A stretch of DNA of 24,548 bases. It comes from a virus. Its lineage: Duplodnaviria; Caudoviricetes. Made by a program: the position numbers and the translations under genes. This document shows positions 8,999-17,428 of this stretch, one piece after another. Numbering within the stretch: position 1 is the stretch's first letter; each line of letters starts with the position of its first letter. A model generated the notes under the pieces. It did no database searches and was not told the DNA's origin. It saw only the letters and a program-made list of their open reading frames with translations. Location: positions 1 through 24,548 of the IMG/VR virus record IMGVR_UViG_3300012952_002144. One strand, 5' to 3'.

Positions 8999-10343
8999 TT
9001 ATATCTTCTCCTGTCGCTAAACTATCTTTTACTTTGTCTCTTTCTTTAGGATTCATTGTTGACTGAGGTCCAATCTTTAGGGTTTCCCAATCCATTACAC
9101 TTGTAAATCCTTCCATTTTTGCACTTCTCATTTTTGTGCAGTTAAATGTAATACATTCATCTGAAGTTTCCCATGTTTCTAGGGTGTATGCGGCATCTGC
9201 AGCATCAAGAATACCTTTAGCAAATCTTGCTTCTCCTGTATTATCAATTTGATAAGGCGCTACTACTGGAACTTCATACTCTTGCGCCATTGATTTAAGA
9301 GTTTTACTTACTTCTATTTGTTCTGTCCAGTCATATTGTCCACCCTTTCCAGGCAGATTGTGTCTTTTTACTTGGTTTAAGTAATCTACTATAATTACTC
9401 CAACATCTTGATGTTGTCCAAGTTTTGTCTCTAATTCTGTTCTTATTTTTGATAATGTGAGTATAGGGTCATATATCACATCTAATTGTCTTTCTTCTGT
9501 TAATTTTTTTCTGCTCAATTCTTTATGAAACGCATCAAAATCACCAGTATCATAATACTGAGGTAATAATTCATGCCCATCTATGAATCTTGAAGCCCAC
9601 CATTCTACTACTCTATTCCACTCTTGTGGGGCTAAATTTTTTGTTGCTAATCTTCCTATTGGTACTCTGGCTCCCAAAGAACACAATCTTTGAAGTATAG
9701 CACGACTATCCATTTCTATTGTAAAATAAATTGCACTTCTGCCCGAAGCAAATACATTATTAGCAATATTTACACAAGTTAGAGATTTACCCGCACCTCT
9801 ACGACCACCTATAAGAATTAAATCTCTAGGTGTGAATTTTAGTTTTTGGTCGTATTCATCATTTAATCCGAGTGGTAAGTATTTAGCAAGATTCGAGTCT
9901 GAATCAAACAAACTAATAGTTTGCATACTTTCTTCGGGTGGTTTTAAGTCTACTCTTTCACCTATATCAAGAACTATTTTTTGCAAAGAATCTACATTTT
10001 CTTCTGCCTTTGCAATAGCAACTGTATGGTCAATATACTTATCTATTTCATGTAATATTTCTATTTGAGTATACTCATTTTTTAGGTACTCTAACAACAT
10101 ATGAGCGTCAGCATCTACTTCTACTGCTTCGATTGCCGCTAGTTGTTCTTTGAGTTTCGCAGGACGCGTGGATAGTTTAAGGTCGTCAAATGAGGGGAGA
10201 GTATTGAAGTCTTTTGCGTGGTCAGCAATCTTTTTATACAGAGCTTGAAACTCACTAGGCAAATAATTCTCTCTTAGGTTACCCCAAGTGTCGAAATCCT
10301 GTTGTTCAATAATCTGCTTAAGCAGAGCCGATGCTAAATTCAA
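8985..10343 (-). CDS. Replicative DnaB-like helicase (T5 D6-like)
   Basis: GGRRGAGKS Walker A, FTIEM, IIVDYL, K-M-R finger; TTG start with SD GGAGG. Confidence 0.92.
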   Translation of the reverse strand: MNLASALLKQIIEQQDFDTWGNLRENYLPSEFQALYKKIADHAKDFNTLPSFDDLKLSTRPAKLKEQLAAIEAVEVDADAHMLLEYLKNEYTQIEILHEIDKYIDHTVAIAKAEENVDSLQKIVLDIGERVDLKPPEESMQTISLFDSDSNLAKYLPLGLNDEYDQKLKFTPRDLILIGGRRGAGKSLTCVNIANNVFASGRSAIYFTIEMDSRAILQRLCSLGARVPIGRLATKNLAPQEWNRVVEWWASRFIDGHELLPQYYDTGDFDAFHKELSRKKLTEERQLDVIYDPILTLSKIRTELETKLGQHQDVGVIIVDYLNQVKRHNLPGKGGQYDWTEQIEVSKTLKSMAQEYEVPVVAPYQIDNTGEARFAKGILDAADAAYTLETWETSDECITFNCTKMRSAKMEGFTSVMDWETLKIGPQSTMNPKERDKVKDSLATGEDINDSI

Positions 10344-10357
10344 TACTATCCTCCCAG

Positions 10358-10391
10358 ATAAGAATGGGCAAGAGAATGAGTTCCCTTGCCC
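10358..10391 (-). terminator. Hairpin, probable leaky terminator after D5
   Basis: GGGCAAGGGAA-CUCA-UUCUCUUGCCC (11 bp including one G-U that only forms on the minus strand) followed by a weak AUUCUU tract. Confidence 0.65.
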
Positions 10392-10413
10392 AAGTGATGA
10401 TTACAGAAAAAAC

Positions 10414-11145
10414 TTAACTGTTGTTAGCTTTTTCTTTTCTTGCAGCGCCATCATAATCAGCACAAGTTAGACCTCTACGAGTCAACATTGTTTTAACGCC
10501 TCTTACAGTTTTGCCAATTTCATCAGCGATATCTTCGACATTCATGTCAGCAATATCACCATTAAGTTCAGACAAAGGATCAGCTTTACTAGAGCCTTTA
10601 GTTTCCTTCTGTCTAGGTATAGCGTTAATATCGCCAGACCTTAATAAGCTAAGAGCCTTTCCTCTGATAGAATTAACAGATTTGTCTAATGCGTCAGCGA
10701 TTTCTTCGACAAATGCGCCATCGTTAACCATTGACACAAAAGTGTCTTCTTCTTCGGGAGAGTAAGTTCTAACTGATTCTGGTTTCTCAGCTGGTTTCAC
10801 ATGAGAAGTTAATTCCATAGAAAGAATCTTCCCTTGTATTGACTTAGCACTAAAAGCCCCGCCTTCAAAAGACTCTGCAATTTGTGCATAAGTGTATACG
10901 CCACTGTTGTCAGTAACGAAGTTAGATAGTGTAGCTTCCTGTTCGTCTGAAAAAGACTTGTTAGATACACTAGATGCTAACTCAACATCATAACCCATTT
11001 TTCTAAGTTTTGAAGAAACTGACCTTGTTGATGTTTCAAGGTGGTCTGCTGCTTCAGCAACTGTAGCTTGAGTAATCGGGCTTTCACCGCCCACAAAGTC
11101 TACAAGACTCTGTGTTCTTTCTTCTGTCCATTTTGGTAATGCCAT
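10414..11145 (-). CDS. T5 D5-like DNA-binding transcription regulator
   Basis: Tandem HTH-like repeats (KWTEE..RSVSSKL, FSDEQ..KSIQGKI, YSPEE..NSIRGKA), C-terminal LTRRGL..ADYDG; lies between ligase B and D6. Confidence 0.85.
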   Translation of the reverse strand: MALPKWTEERTQSLVDFVGGESPITQATVAEAADHLETSTRSVSSKLRKMGYDVELASSVSNKSFSDEQEATLSNFVTDNSGVYTYAQIAESFEGGAFSAKSIQGKILSMELTSHVKPAEKPESVRTYSPEEEDTFVSMVNDGAFVEEIADALDKSVNSIRGKALSLLRSGDINAIPRQKETKGSSKADPLSELNGDIADMNVEDIADEIGKTVRGVKTMLTRRGLTCADYDGAARKEKANNS

Positions 11146-11158
11146 TTTTATTTTCCTC

Positions 11159-11923
11159 TTACTGTTTTATAAAGTTGTTTAAATTATTTATTATTTGAAC
11201 ACCCCTATCTCGGGCTGTCCTCGTTTTTGCGGATTCGATACCGCTTTCGTTGATTAAGATACTAACATCTTTTGTCAAACTGCTTTTAACAAGGTAGCCC
11301 TTTTTTTCTAATATTTGCTTTGCGGCTGCCTTTGTTGGATAGCTTTTCAACTTTCCAGATATACATACTACGCCCTTATCAGGTTTACTCTCTGAGATGG
11401 GTGCAATTTGTATCCATCTGAAAGGTAGTCGGTCATATCCGTCCGTAAATTCTTCTATCAACCAATCTAGTAAGTTATCAGTAGCTTTTGGACCGAGTCC
11501 TGCTTCCTTACAAGAACTTTCATCTATTTCAGATATATTTCTTACTTTAGAACAAATCTTAGAGGAAGCAGTTCTGCCGATTAGCGGTATAGAAAAAGCT
11601 GGTAATAAATCGACTAAGTCGGTAAGTTTACTATCCTGCACTTCTCTATACAGTTTTACTGCTAACTTCTCGGATTGCAACAAATCTATCATCATTTCGG
11701 TATCTAATGAATAAATATCGAAAAGAGTTGAAATCTGCAATTTCTCGATAGTTGCGGGTCCGAGTCCCTTTATTTTCAATGATTTTGCAAAATGCTCAAT
11801 CTTTTTAGTGGTCTTGCCCTCACAAGAGGGGTTCTCACAAAAAAGTTGGTCTTTCTTCCAAACTAATGTACTACTACAAGTAGGACAATTAGTTGGCGGT
11901 TGTATTTTTTGCAATCTTCTCAT
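11159..11923 (-). CDS. NAD-dependent DNA ligase subunit B (Zn finger, HhH, BRCT)
   Basis: PTNCPTC...FCENPSC, IKGLGP, IPLIG, BRCT VCISG...AKTRTARDRGV. Confidence 0.92.
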   Translation of the reverse strand: MRRLQKIQPPTNCPTCSSTLVWKKDQLFCENPSCEGKTTKKIEHFAKSLKIKGLGPATIEKLQISTLFDIYSLDTEMMIDLLQSEKLAVKLYREVQDSKLTDLVDLLPAFSIPLIGRTASSKICSKVRNISEIDESSCKEAGLGPKATDNLLDWLIEEFTDGYDRLPFRWIQIAPISESKPDKGVVCISGKLKSYPTKAAAKQILEKKGYLVKSSLTKDVSILINESGIESAKTRTARDRGVQIINNLNNFIKQ

Positions 11924-11940
11924 CTTTTTTTATTATATAT

Positions 11941-11981
11941 ATTATAACAAAAATAAGCTGTCATGTCAAGAACTATTTTTC
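11941..11981 (-). promoter_or_regulatory. Sigma70-type promoter for ligase B-D5
   Basis: AAAAATAGTTC-TTGACA(11969-11964)-17-TATAAT(11946-11941). Confidence 0.9.
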
Positions 11982-12334
11982 GGGAAGTCCTGCAGAATCA
12001 ACGAATCAATTTTGAAACACTCTGTATGACCTCCAAACTTAACTTTTGGCATGTATTTTTGATGTTTATATTTTTCATGTAGGTACTGTTCGTGTGCCCA
12101 CACATTATAAAGAGTACTATTCCAAGTTCTTTGAATACGAATATCGTACCCTCTAAACCCTCTACTACGCTTTATAATATGTCGCCAGTCTTTCCCACTA
12201 GCGATTCCTACTTTGATACACTCTCTTTCGAAAGTTGTTTTATTTACTAAGATAACTCCATATAGAACTCCCTCTCGGTCTTTCTCCTTTGGGTAGTTAT
12301 CAAAGTATGTTTGGTTGTATATTCCTCCCGCCAT
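11966..12334 (-). CDS. T5orf172/GIY-YIG-like nuclease-domain protein
   Basis: GVLY...IKVGIA...R...E.YLH...GGHTECF pattern typical of the T5orf172 family. Confidence 0.6.
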   Translation of the reverse strand: MAGGIYNQTYFDNYPKEKDREGVLYGVILVNKTTFERECIKVGIASGKDWRHIIKRSRGFRGYDIRIQRTWNSTLYNVWAHEQYLHEKYKHQKYMPKVKFGGHTECFKIDSLILQDFPKNSS

Positions 12335-12516
12335 TAGTGTACTTTAAATTCATCTTTTCTCTGTAAATGTTCTGCTAACAGCATTTCAAAGAGGTCTTCA
12401 TCTTCTTCAACTGTTGCCCTAAAATCCTCTAAGTCCATAACTATATTTCCTTCAGGGATTTTATCGCAGTATACTAAATAGGCTGCTTTAAGCTGAGACT
12501 CCAAATACAAAAGCAT
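12334..12516 (-). CDS. Small acidic hypothetical protein
   Basis: 60-aa ORF with TAATG coupling on both sides. Confidence 0.7.
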   Translation of the reverse strand: MLLYLESQLKAAYLVYCDKIPEGNIVMDLEDFRATVEEDEDLFEMLLAEHLQRKDEFKVH

Positions 12517-13463
12517 TAGTCCACTCTTCGCACAATTCTAGGTATTATTTCTCCACTACGGATTAACTCTACCTTACAACCAATCTCTAAACTTAATGAC
12601 TCTATATAAGCCATATTGTGTAACGTTGCTCTACTTACTGTCGCTCCATCTACTTCGACAGGTTCAAGAATAGCTACAGGAGCCACAACTCCAGATTTAC
12701 CGACATTCCATAGAACATCAACTAAAGTTGTCTCCACCCCGTCCTGAACTTGCTTAAGAGCATAGGCACCTCTGGGGTGGTGTGATGTATAGCCAAGAGT
12801 ATCAAAATCTTGGTAATCATCTATACGAAAGACTGAGCCGTCATGTGGAAACTCACTCCAATCTGATTGTAGAACTGTGTCGAAAGAACATTCTTCCCCT
12901 AGCAGTCTCAAATCTTCAGACCAAAGTCCAGTTTGATACGGTTGACAGCCATAAGCTATAAAATGGAGTTGTCTGCTTGCAAACTCTTTCGTATCTTTTA
13001 GGTTTAACGCTCCTGCAGCGTAATTCCGAGCATTTTTAATTGTTTTAGGAGCAACTACTTCGCCCGTTATTTGTAGGATAGGTACTTCCCACGGCAGAAT
13101 CTCGGGTACTAGATGTTTAATATTATGTGTGATGTCAATACCTCTGCGACCATCACCTCTAGTTAACCCTCTGTGTAGTGTTCCGTTAATATAAAGAAGG
13201 GAAACTGCAGCCCCATCAAGTTTAGGAGTCACGACTGTGGCTCCTTCATAACTGTTAAATGGGTCTTTGTTTTCTCCTACAAATACTTTTTGTAAGGAAA
13301 ACATGGGGTATATATGGGGGAATCTATTATCCCGACTTGAATAACCTACTTCATCATACTCTGCAATTTTTGCTAGTTCATCAAACTCCGCGTCTGATAT
13401 TATGGGGTTTCCATTATAGTATGATTCGCTTGCATTTCTCAAATATTCTTTTATATTTTTCAT
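12516..13463 (-). CDS. NAD-dependent DNA ligase subunit A (adenylation + OB domains)
   Basis: YY.G.PIISDAEFD, KLDG active-site motif, TRGDG, RNYAAG, ATLHN, RSGEIIP. Confidence 0.95.
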   Translation of the reverse strand: MKNIKEYLRNASESYYNGNPIISDAEFDELAKIAEYDEVGYSSRDNRFPHIYPMFSLQKVFVGENKDPFNSYEGATVVTPKLDGAAVSLLYINGTLHRGLTRGDGRRGIDITHNIKHLVPEILPWEVPILQITGEVVAPKTIKNARNYAAGALNLKDTKEFASRQLHFIAYGCQPYQTGLWSEDLRLLGEECSFDTVLQSDWSEFPHDGSVFRIDDYQDFDTLGYTSHHPRGAYALKQVQDGVETTLVDVLWNVGKSGVVAPVAILEPVEVDGATVSRATLHNMAYIESLSLEIGCKVELIRSGEIIPRIVRRVD

Positions 13464-13469
13464 TATTAT

Positions 13470-13510
13470 ATTATACTAAATTTTGAAGGCGAAGTCAAGA
13501 ACTATTTTTA
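13470..13510 (-). promoter_or_regulatory. Sigma70-type promoter, leaderless ligase A transcript
   Basis: AAAAATAGTTC-TTGACT(13498-13493)-17-TATAAT(13475-13470)-6 nt-ATG. Confidence 0.88.
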
Positions 13511-13522
13511 GTTCTGGTTAGT

Positions 13523-13598
13523 TGGTGGAGGTGACAAGATTCGAACTTGCGACCTACTGCGTGCAAGGCAGTTGCTCTCCCAACTGAGCTACACCCCC
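13523..13598 (-). tRNA. tRNA-Ala(TGC)
   Basis: 76-nt cloverleaf GGGGGTG/CACCTCC with the G3:U70 alanine identity pair, anticodon loop CT-TGC-AC, TTCGAAT T-loop, encoded CCA. Confidence 0.97.
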
Positions 13599-13897
13599 TA
13601 TTTGAGGTAAATTTGGTCTAATATATCTTTGAAGTGAGACTCTAGTATACCCTTAGCTTCTGCTAAAGATAAAATCTCTACTAAACCTTCAAATAACAAC
13701 TTTGAGTTTTCAAAATCTAGGGGCATAGCTACCCCGTCCTTTGAAGGCTTCCATTCTTCATCGAAATCTAGGTAATACTTTCGAAGGTGGATATACTCCA
13801 CTCCTCTAAATTCGTTTATAGTTAGTCTAACTTGCTCTGTTCCTTGTTTCTCAAAAATGATTTTTTCGTATACCTCTGGGGCTTCATGAATCTTCAT
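13598..13897 (-). CDS. PC4/p15-like ssDNA-binding protein (T5.115-like)
   Basis: NEFRGVEYIHLRKYY...WKPSKDGVAM matches the PC4 signature; T5 synteny. Confidence 0.85.
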   Translation of the reverse strand: MKIHEAPEVYEKIIFEKQGTEQVRLTINEFRGVEYIHLRKYYLDFDEEWKPSKDGVAMPLDFENSKLLFEGLVEILSLAEAKGILESHFKDILDQIYLK

Positions 13898-14160
13898 TTT
13901 TTATTCCCCAGAATCTTACTAAGGGGAACTATGCTAGTCACGTTAGCAGGTTTTAATAACCTGTATGAATCCGTATCCCAACAGAAAAGTAGGACGCTAG
14001 AATCATCTTCTTTTGCCCTATTCTTTTTCTCTTGTATGTATTTGTTGTCAAAATCTAAAGTACAGACATTGTACTTTAGCTTTCTTGAGTTTTGACTTCT
14101 GTAGGTGATGACTGCATCACCATAGCGTTTTACCGTATCCTTAAAGTCGTCTTTTTTCAC
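13894..14160 (-). CDS. Conserved T5.114-like hypothetical protein
   Basis: YNVCTLDF and LFCWDTDSYRLLKPANVTSI; between D3 and the PC4-like gene; GTG start with SD GGAG. Confidence 0.75.
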   Translation of the reverse strand: MKKDDFKDTVKRYGDAVITYRSQNSRKLKYNVCTLDFDNKYIQEKKNRAKEDDSSVLLFCWDTDSYRLLKPANVTSIVPLSKILGNKK

Positions 14161-14168
14161 TAATTACT

Positions 14169-14206
14169 CCATTACTATTAAGAAAACTCTTTCTCTTTAG
14201 TAATGG
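14169..14206 (-). promoter_or_regulatory. Intergenic stem-loop overlapping the downstream SD
   Basis: CCATTACTA(14169-77)/TAGTAATGG(14198-206) plus inner AGAAA/TTTCT stem. Confidence 0.55.
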
Positions 14207-14213
14207 TAGTGAA

Positions 14214-14573
14214 TTAGTTGTTTATGTTGTTTATAACTCCAACAAAATATACAGCTGCTTTACCTGTCAACTTGTCTATAATATCCATATCTGGTTCTTG
14301 TCCTGCGTCATTTAGTGCATCAACTAAACTTTGTTGAGCGTCTGCTTTACTAACTCTTGTGCCGCCTGTGCCTCCAGATTTAGATGAACTAGATGTTGAA
14401 GGTGCTTTCTTGACATAAACACCAGCTTTAGTAAGAATCATTCTTACTCCGTTTGGTGATTCGCCAAGCTCTTCAGCTACATCTTTTACAATCTCCATAC
14501 TATTTTCTGGAGTTGGTTCTTGTTCAGTATACATCTCTACTGCTTGAGCTTTTTTATTGTCGTCCCACGCCAT
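14214..14573 (-). CDS. T5 D3-like DNA-binding protein
   Basis: PTPENSMEIVKDVAEELGESPNGVRMILTKAGVYVKK and KLTGKAAVY; SD AGGAG before ATG 14573; in-frame upstream ATG at 14693. Confidence 0.82.
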   Translation of the reverse strand: MAWDDNKKAQAVEMYTEQEPTPENSMEIVKDVAEELGESPNGVRMILTKAGVYVKKAPSTSSSSKSGGTGGTRVSKADAQQSLVDALNDAGQEPDMDIIDKLTGKAAVYFVGVINNINN

Positions 14574-14698
14574 TTTGCGTTTTCTCCTTATATTTCCAAA
14601 TTTAATTTTATAATCAGCGATTGACTTTGTACCCCTATAGCCAGGACACCAACCTGTAGTGTCTAACATTTGCGTATAAAATCTATCACTCATACTAT

Positions 14699-14740
14699 AT
14701 TATACTAAAAATTAGGAGCGATGTCAAGAACTATTTTTTG
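14699..14740 (-). promoter_or_regulatory. Sigma70-type promoter
   Basis: AAAAAATAGTTC-TTGACA(14727-14722)-17-TATAAT(14704-14699). Confidence 0.9.
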
Positions 14741-14888
14741 AATCCCTAACCTCTGCTTCTAATTCTACCAAAAATTGATTGCATGAATCAATCTTTTGTC
14801 TGTCTAATACCATGCCTTCGTGCATTTTTAGGTATTTGCGTAAACCTTCTATCTTTGTTTTAATCTGTTTCTGTGTATGTATACTCAT
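14724..14888 (-). CDS. Hypothetical protein, 54 aa (not in ORF track)
   Basis: MSIHTQKQIKTKIEGLRKYLKMHEGMVLDRQKIDSCNQFLVELEAEVRDSKNSS fills the gap; its stop lies inside TTGACA. Confidence 0.55.
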   Translation of the reverse strand: MSIHTQKQIKTKIEGLRKYLKMHEGMVLDRQKIDSCNQFLVELEAEVRDSKNSS

Positions 14889-15108
14889 CTATAAATGGTA
14901 ATCTTTCTAAAAACTCTAGTTTTTCTTCGGCAGCTACTGCCTTTTCTACTTCTGAATCAATCGCTGCTATTATATCTGGGTGTTCTCCAATCCCTGCTGG
15001 GTTGTGGAGGTACACCTGTATATTCGCTGTAGCCGCGGCTATTTCGCCACGATACTTCAACGATAACGCATCTCTTAATTCCCTATTAAAATCTATTATT
15101 TGTGTCAT
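14860..15108 (-). CDS. Hypothetical phage protein
   Basis: NIQVYLHNPAGIGEHPDI helical hairpin; ATGA coupling. Confidence 0.75.
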   Translation of the reverse strand: MTQIIDFNRELRDALSLKYRGEIAAATANIQVYLHNPAGIGEHPDIIAAIDSEVEKAVAAEEKLEFLERLPFIDEYTYTETD

Positions 15109-15368
15109 TTTTTCTCCAAAAGTGTGCTAACATACGAAGTAACCCATCTTTCTTTCATTTCATCATTAAATGCTATTCTAAAAGCAAATAAGACGAGAAA
15201 GAACATAGCTACTACATATATTACAAAATGAAATATTCTATACTTCATTACAATATTATTTGGGCTTAGTGTTTCCAATCTTCTTATTATATCAAAATAT
15301 GTATTTAGTATCATTACTAACCATGTTGATATATAAACGGAAACTATGACTTGTAACCATAGTTCCAT
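15105..15368 (-). CDS. Hypothetical membrane protein (2 TM)
   Basis: Two hydrophobic stretches; SD AGGA. Confidence 0.7.
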   Translation of the reverse strand: MELWLQVIVSVYISTWLVMILNTYFDIIRRLETLSPNNIVMKYRIFHFVIYVVAMFFLVLFAFRIAFNDEMKERWVTSYVSTLLEKK

Positions 15369-15377
15369 AATTATTCC

Positions 15378-16118
15378 TTATATTGCTCGGACGTCTACTC
15401 CATATTCTTCTAAATGAGTAAGCTTGCCCAAGTCATAGGCTAGTGAAAAGGAATTTCTTCCTACATTTTTCATATAGCCAAAAATTGGAGAGTAGACTTC
15501 CTTTTCTTCTATTGTATAGATATTATAACCTCTACTCCCATACTTCTTTTCATAATCTGTGCACTTTTCTTTATCTTGATAGCCAACATAACCAGCATGA
15601 GTCATTTGATGCTCTACTGTGTTTTCTCTTTTTACTATTGCTATACAATTATCTCGCACAGACCAAACTCTCTCACCCACTTCAAATTCTTCTGCTACAC
15701 ACTCTTCTGGTAACATAGCATATCTATGTCTGTAGCACTTTGAATGAGCTTCTTTAGAGAGTTTTTGAGGAACCCCCGCTTTATCTATAATATTTCTAAC
15801 AAAAGTTGTTGAACGATACATACTTTCAGCAATACTACTTGTAGTATCTCCATCTAAGTATGCAACTATTACAGATTTTATTTCATCTGAGGTTGCCCTT
15901 TTTCCTCTTAATTGGTTCTTTCTTGTTTCTCTATAACTGAGAATGTCTTTGTGTTCTTCTAAAATTCTTTTTAACCTAGTTGTATTGTAGGTTATATTTA
16001 ATATTTCGCAGGCTTCTTTTTTAGTGATAGGACTACTATCTTCTAATAATGCTATTACCTTGTCTAAGGTAGCTGCGTCTAGCTTTTCATGTTTCTTTTG
16101 TCTAATCCCTCTTGGCAT
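15378..16118 (-). CDS. T5 D2-like DNA-binding protein
   Basis: TKKEACEILNITYNTTRL, second HTH (YLDGDTTSSIAESMYRS), C-terminal DLGKLTHLEEYGV; upstream of D3 as in T5. Confidence 0.7.
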   Translation of the reverse strand: MPRGIRQKKHEKLDAATLDKVIALLEDSSPITKKEACEILNITYNTTRLKRILEEHKDILSYRETRKNQLRGKRATSDEIKSVIVAYLDGDTTSSIAESMYRSTTFVRNIIDKAGVPQKLSKEAHSKCYRHRYAMLPEECVAEEFEVGERVWSVRDNCIAIVKRENTVEHQMTHAGYVGYQDKEKCTDYEKKYGSRGYNIYTIEEKEVYSPIFGYMKNVGRNSFSLAYDLGKLTHLEEYGVDVRAI

Positions 16119-16119
16119 T

Positions 16120-16437
16120 TTAATCCTTATCTATGTATAATTGGTTTTCATATTCTTTTAATTCGTCGTATAACTGTTTTTCTTCTACATCTAATTGATG
16201 CATGCCTAATAAAGCATAGTGAATTATTTTTAATAAATCCTCTCTGCCATCTCCTTTTTTGTCAAATCTTATTGCATATTTTATAATATTACCCATGCAA
16301 AAGCCTCTCCCATGTTTAGCGTCCATTATTATTTCGGTTGCTTGGAAGTTTCCTTGTGCATAATGTTGTTTATAAGTATTATCTACATACTTAGTAACTT
16401 CATTTAATAACTTATCCTCATTAAATTTATAATTCAT
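16120..16437 (-). CDS. DUF3310-like (T7 gp1.7/SaV-related) protein
   Basis: HY...GFCMGNIIKYAIRFDKKG...DLLKIIHYA; start moved to TAATG-coupled ATG 16437. Confidence 0.7.
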   Translation of the reverse strand: MNYKFNEDKLLNEVTKYVDNTYKQHYAQGNFQATEIIMDAKHGRGFCMGNIIKYAIRFDKKGDGREDLLKIIHYALLGMHQLDVEEKQLYDELKEYENQLYIDKD

Positions 16438-16670
16438 TAGACTACTTTTATTCCTAATACATAATTTTCTGCGGCGTCTTCGGCATAACATTCGCTATGT
16501 CCTTCATAAACTTCATCTTTCCACCACACATTATTTACCCAAAAACGACAACCCCAATGTCCTCCTCTTACAGAATAGACATCAGCTCTGCGTTTCTTTC
16601 CATCTACATCACCAACAAAGGTGCTGTACTCTGTTAGAAAGTTATTGTTTATATGATTATATTTTGTCAC
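16437..16670 (-). CDS. Hypothetical phage protein
   Basis: C-terminal HSECYAEDAAENYVLG; stop coupled to the next start. Confidence 0.7.
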   Translation of the reverse strand: MTKYNHINNNFLTEYSTFVGDVDGKKRRADVYSVRGGHWGCRFWVNNVWWKDEVYEGHSECYAEDAAENYVLGIKVV

Positions 16671-16800
16671 GCGCCCACTTAATTAAACATACGAAAGCAG
16701 CTAAGTACATTGCCGCACTTTCACTACCTTCTAATAATATTCCGCCAATAATCGCTAAGACCATGACGACCAAAAAGATATTTTCTTTTAATATTTTCAT
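16657..16800 (-). CDS. Small membrane protein, 47 aa (not in ORF track)
   Basis: MKILKENIFLVVMVLAIIGGILLEGSESAAMYLAAFVCLIKWARDKI; ATGA overlap with the upstream stop. Confidence 0.6.
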   Translation of the reverse strand: MKILKENIFLVVMVLAIIGGILLEGSESAAMYLAAFVCLIKWARDKI

Positions 16801-17012
16801 TTTCTTACTAATACCTTTTTCAGTTTTTGGGCTCTTTTATTTACCGAGTCCAAGAACTTCTGTGCTCTTTGATGTAATATATCACTAGGTTCTAGCAAAT
16901 CTTCATACCACTTCATAATAAGAGATATTGCCAAAGCCCATAGAAATATACTAAATATATAAGCAAAAAGATTATAAGGCAATAATAATAGGTTATTCAT
17001 AAACTCTATCAT
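16797..17012 (-). CDS. Hypothetical membrane protein
   Basis: N-terminal hydrophobic segment; ATGA coupling on both sides. Confidence 0.65.
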   Translation of the reverse strand: MIEFMNNLLLLPYNLFAYIFSIFLWALAISLIMKWYEDLLEPSDILHQRAQKFLDSVNKRAQKLKKVLVRK

Positions 17013-17428
17013 ATATCACCTTCCTTTCTTATCTCACTCCTAGAGACTTCAAATCCGTTCGGATACCTACTCTCTAATTTTCTAATATTTTCTTCCATTA
17101 CTTGTTGAGGTGTGTACCCTAGTGCTTTGCAGCCTTGAACCCAATACCATAGAACATCTCCCAACTCACGCATGAGATGGAATCGTTGTTCTTCATTATA
17201 GGGTTTTCCTTGAAATATAATCTTTTTGATTACTTCCGAGAACTCTCCAGATTCGGCTTGCATGCCGATGGAGCTAGTTAGGAGTTGAGAAAATTCTGTT
17301 TCTGGGTGTCTTTGTCTGAGTTTAATTAGTCTATCCATCATAATAGCTGTTGATAGACTTTCTCTACTTGTTGTACTTATTACGAAATTTCCGTAATCGT
17401 CTAATTTTTTTAATTGTTCTTCTGTCAT
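17009..17428 (-). CDS. MazG-like nucleotide pyrophosphohydrolase
   Basis: AESGEFSEVIKK...RELGDVLWY...NIRKLESRY; start moved to TAATG-coupled ATG 17428. Confidence 0.88.
   Translation of the reverse strand: MTEEQLKKLDDYGNFVISTTSRESLSTAIMMDRLIKLRQRHPETEFSQLLTSSIGMQAESGEFSEVIKKIIFQGKPYNEEQRFHLMRELGDVLWYWVQGCKALGYTPQQVMEENIRKLESRYPNGFEVSRSEIRKEGDI

Noticed and set aside
4565-10343. Introns or inteins in polymerase, primase or helicase; alternative genetic code
   Set aside because: ORFs are continuous and of normal length under the standard code, and all three stop codons are used.
13523-13598. tRNA as prophage attachment site or host boundary
   Set aside because: Phage gene order continues on both sides; no integrase or duplicated tRNA 3' end.
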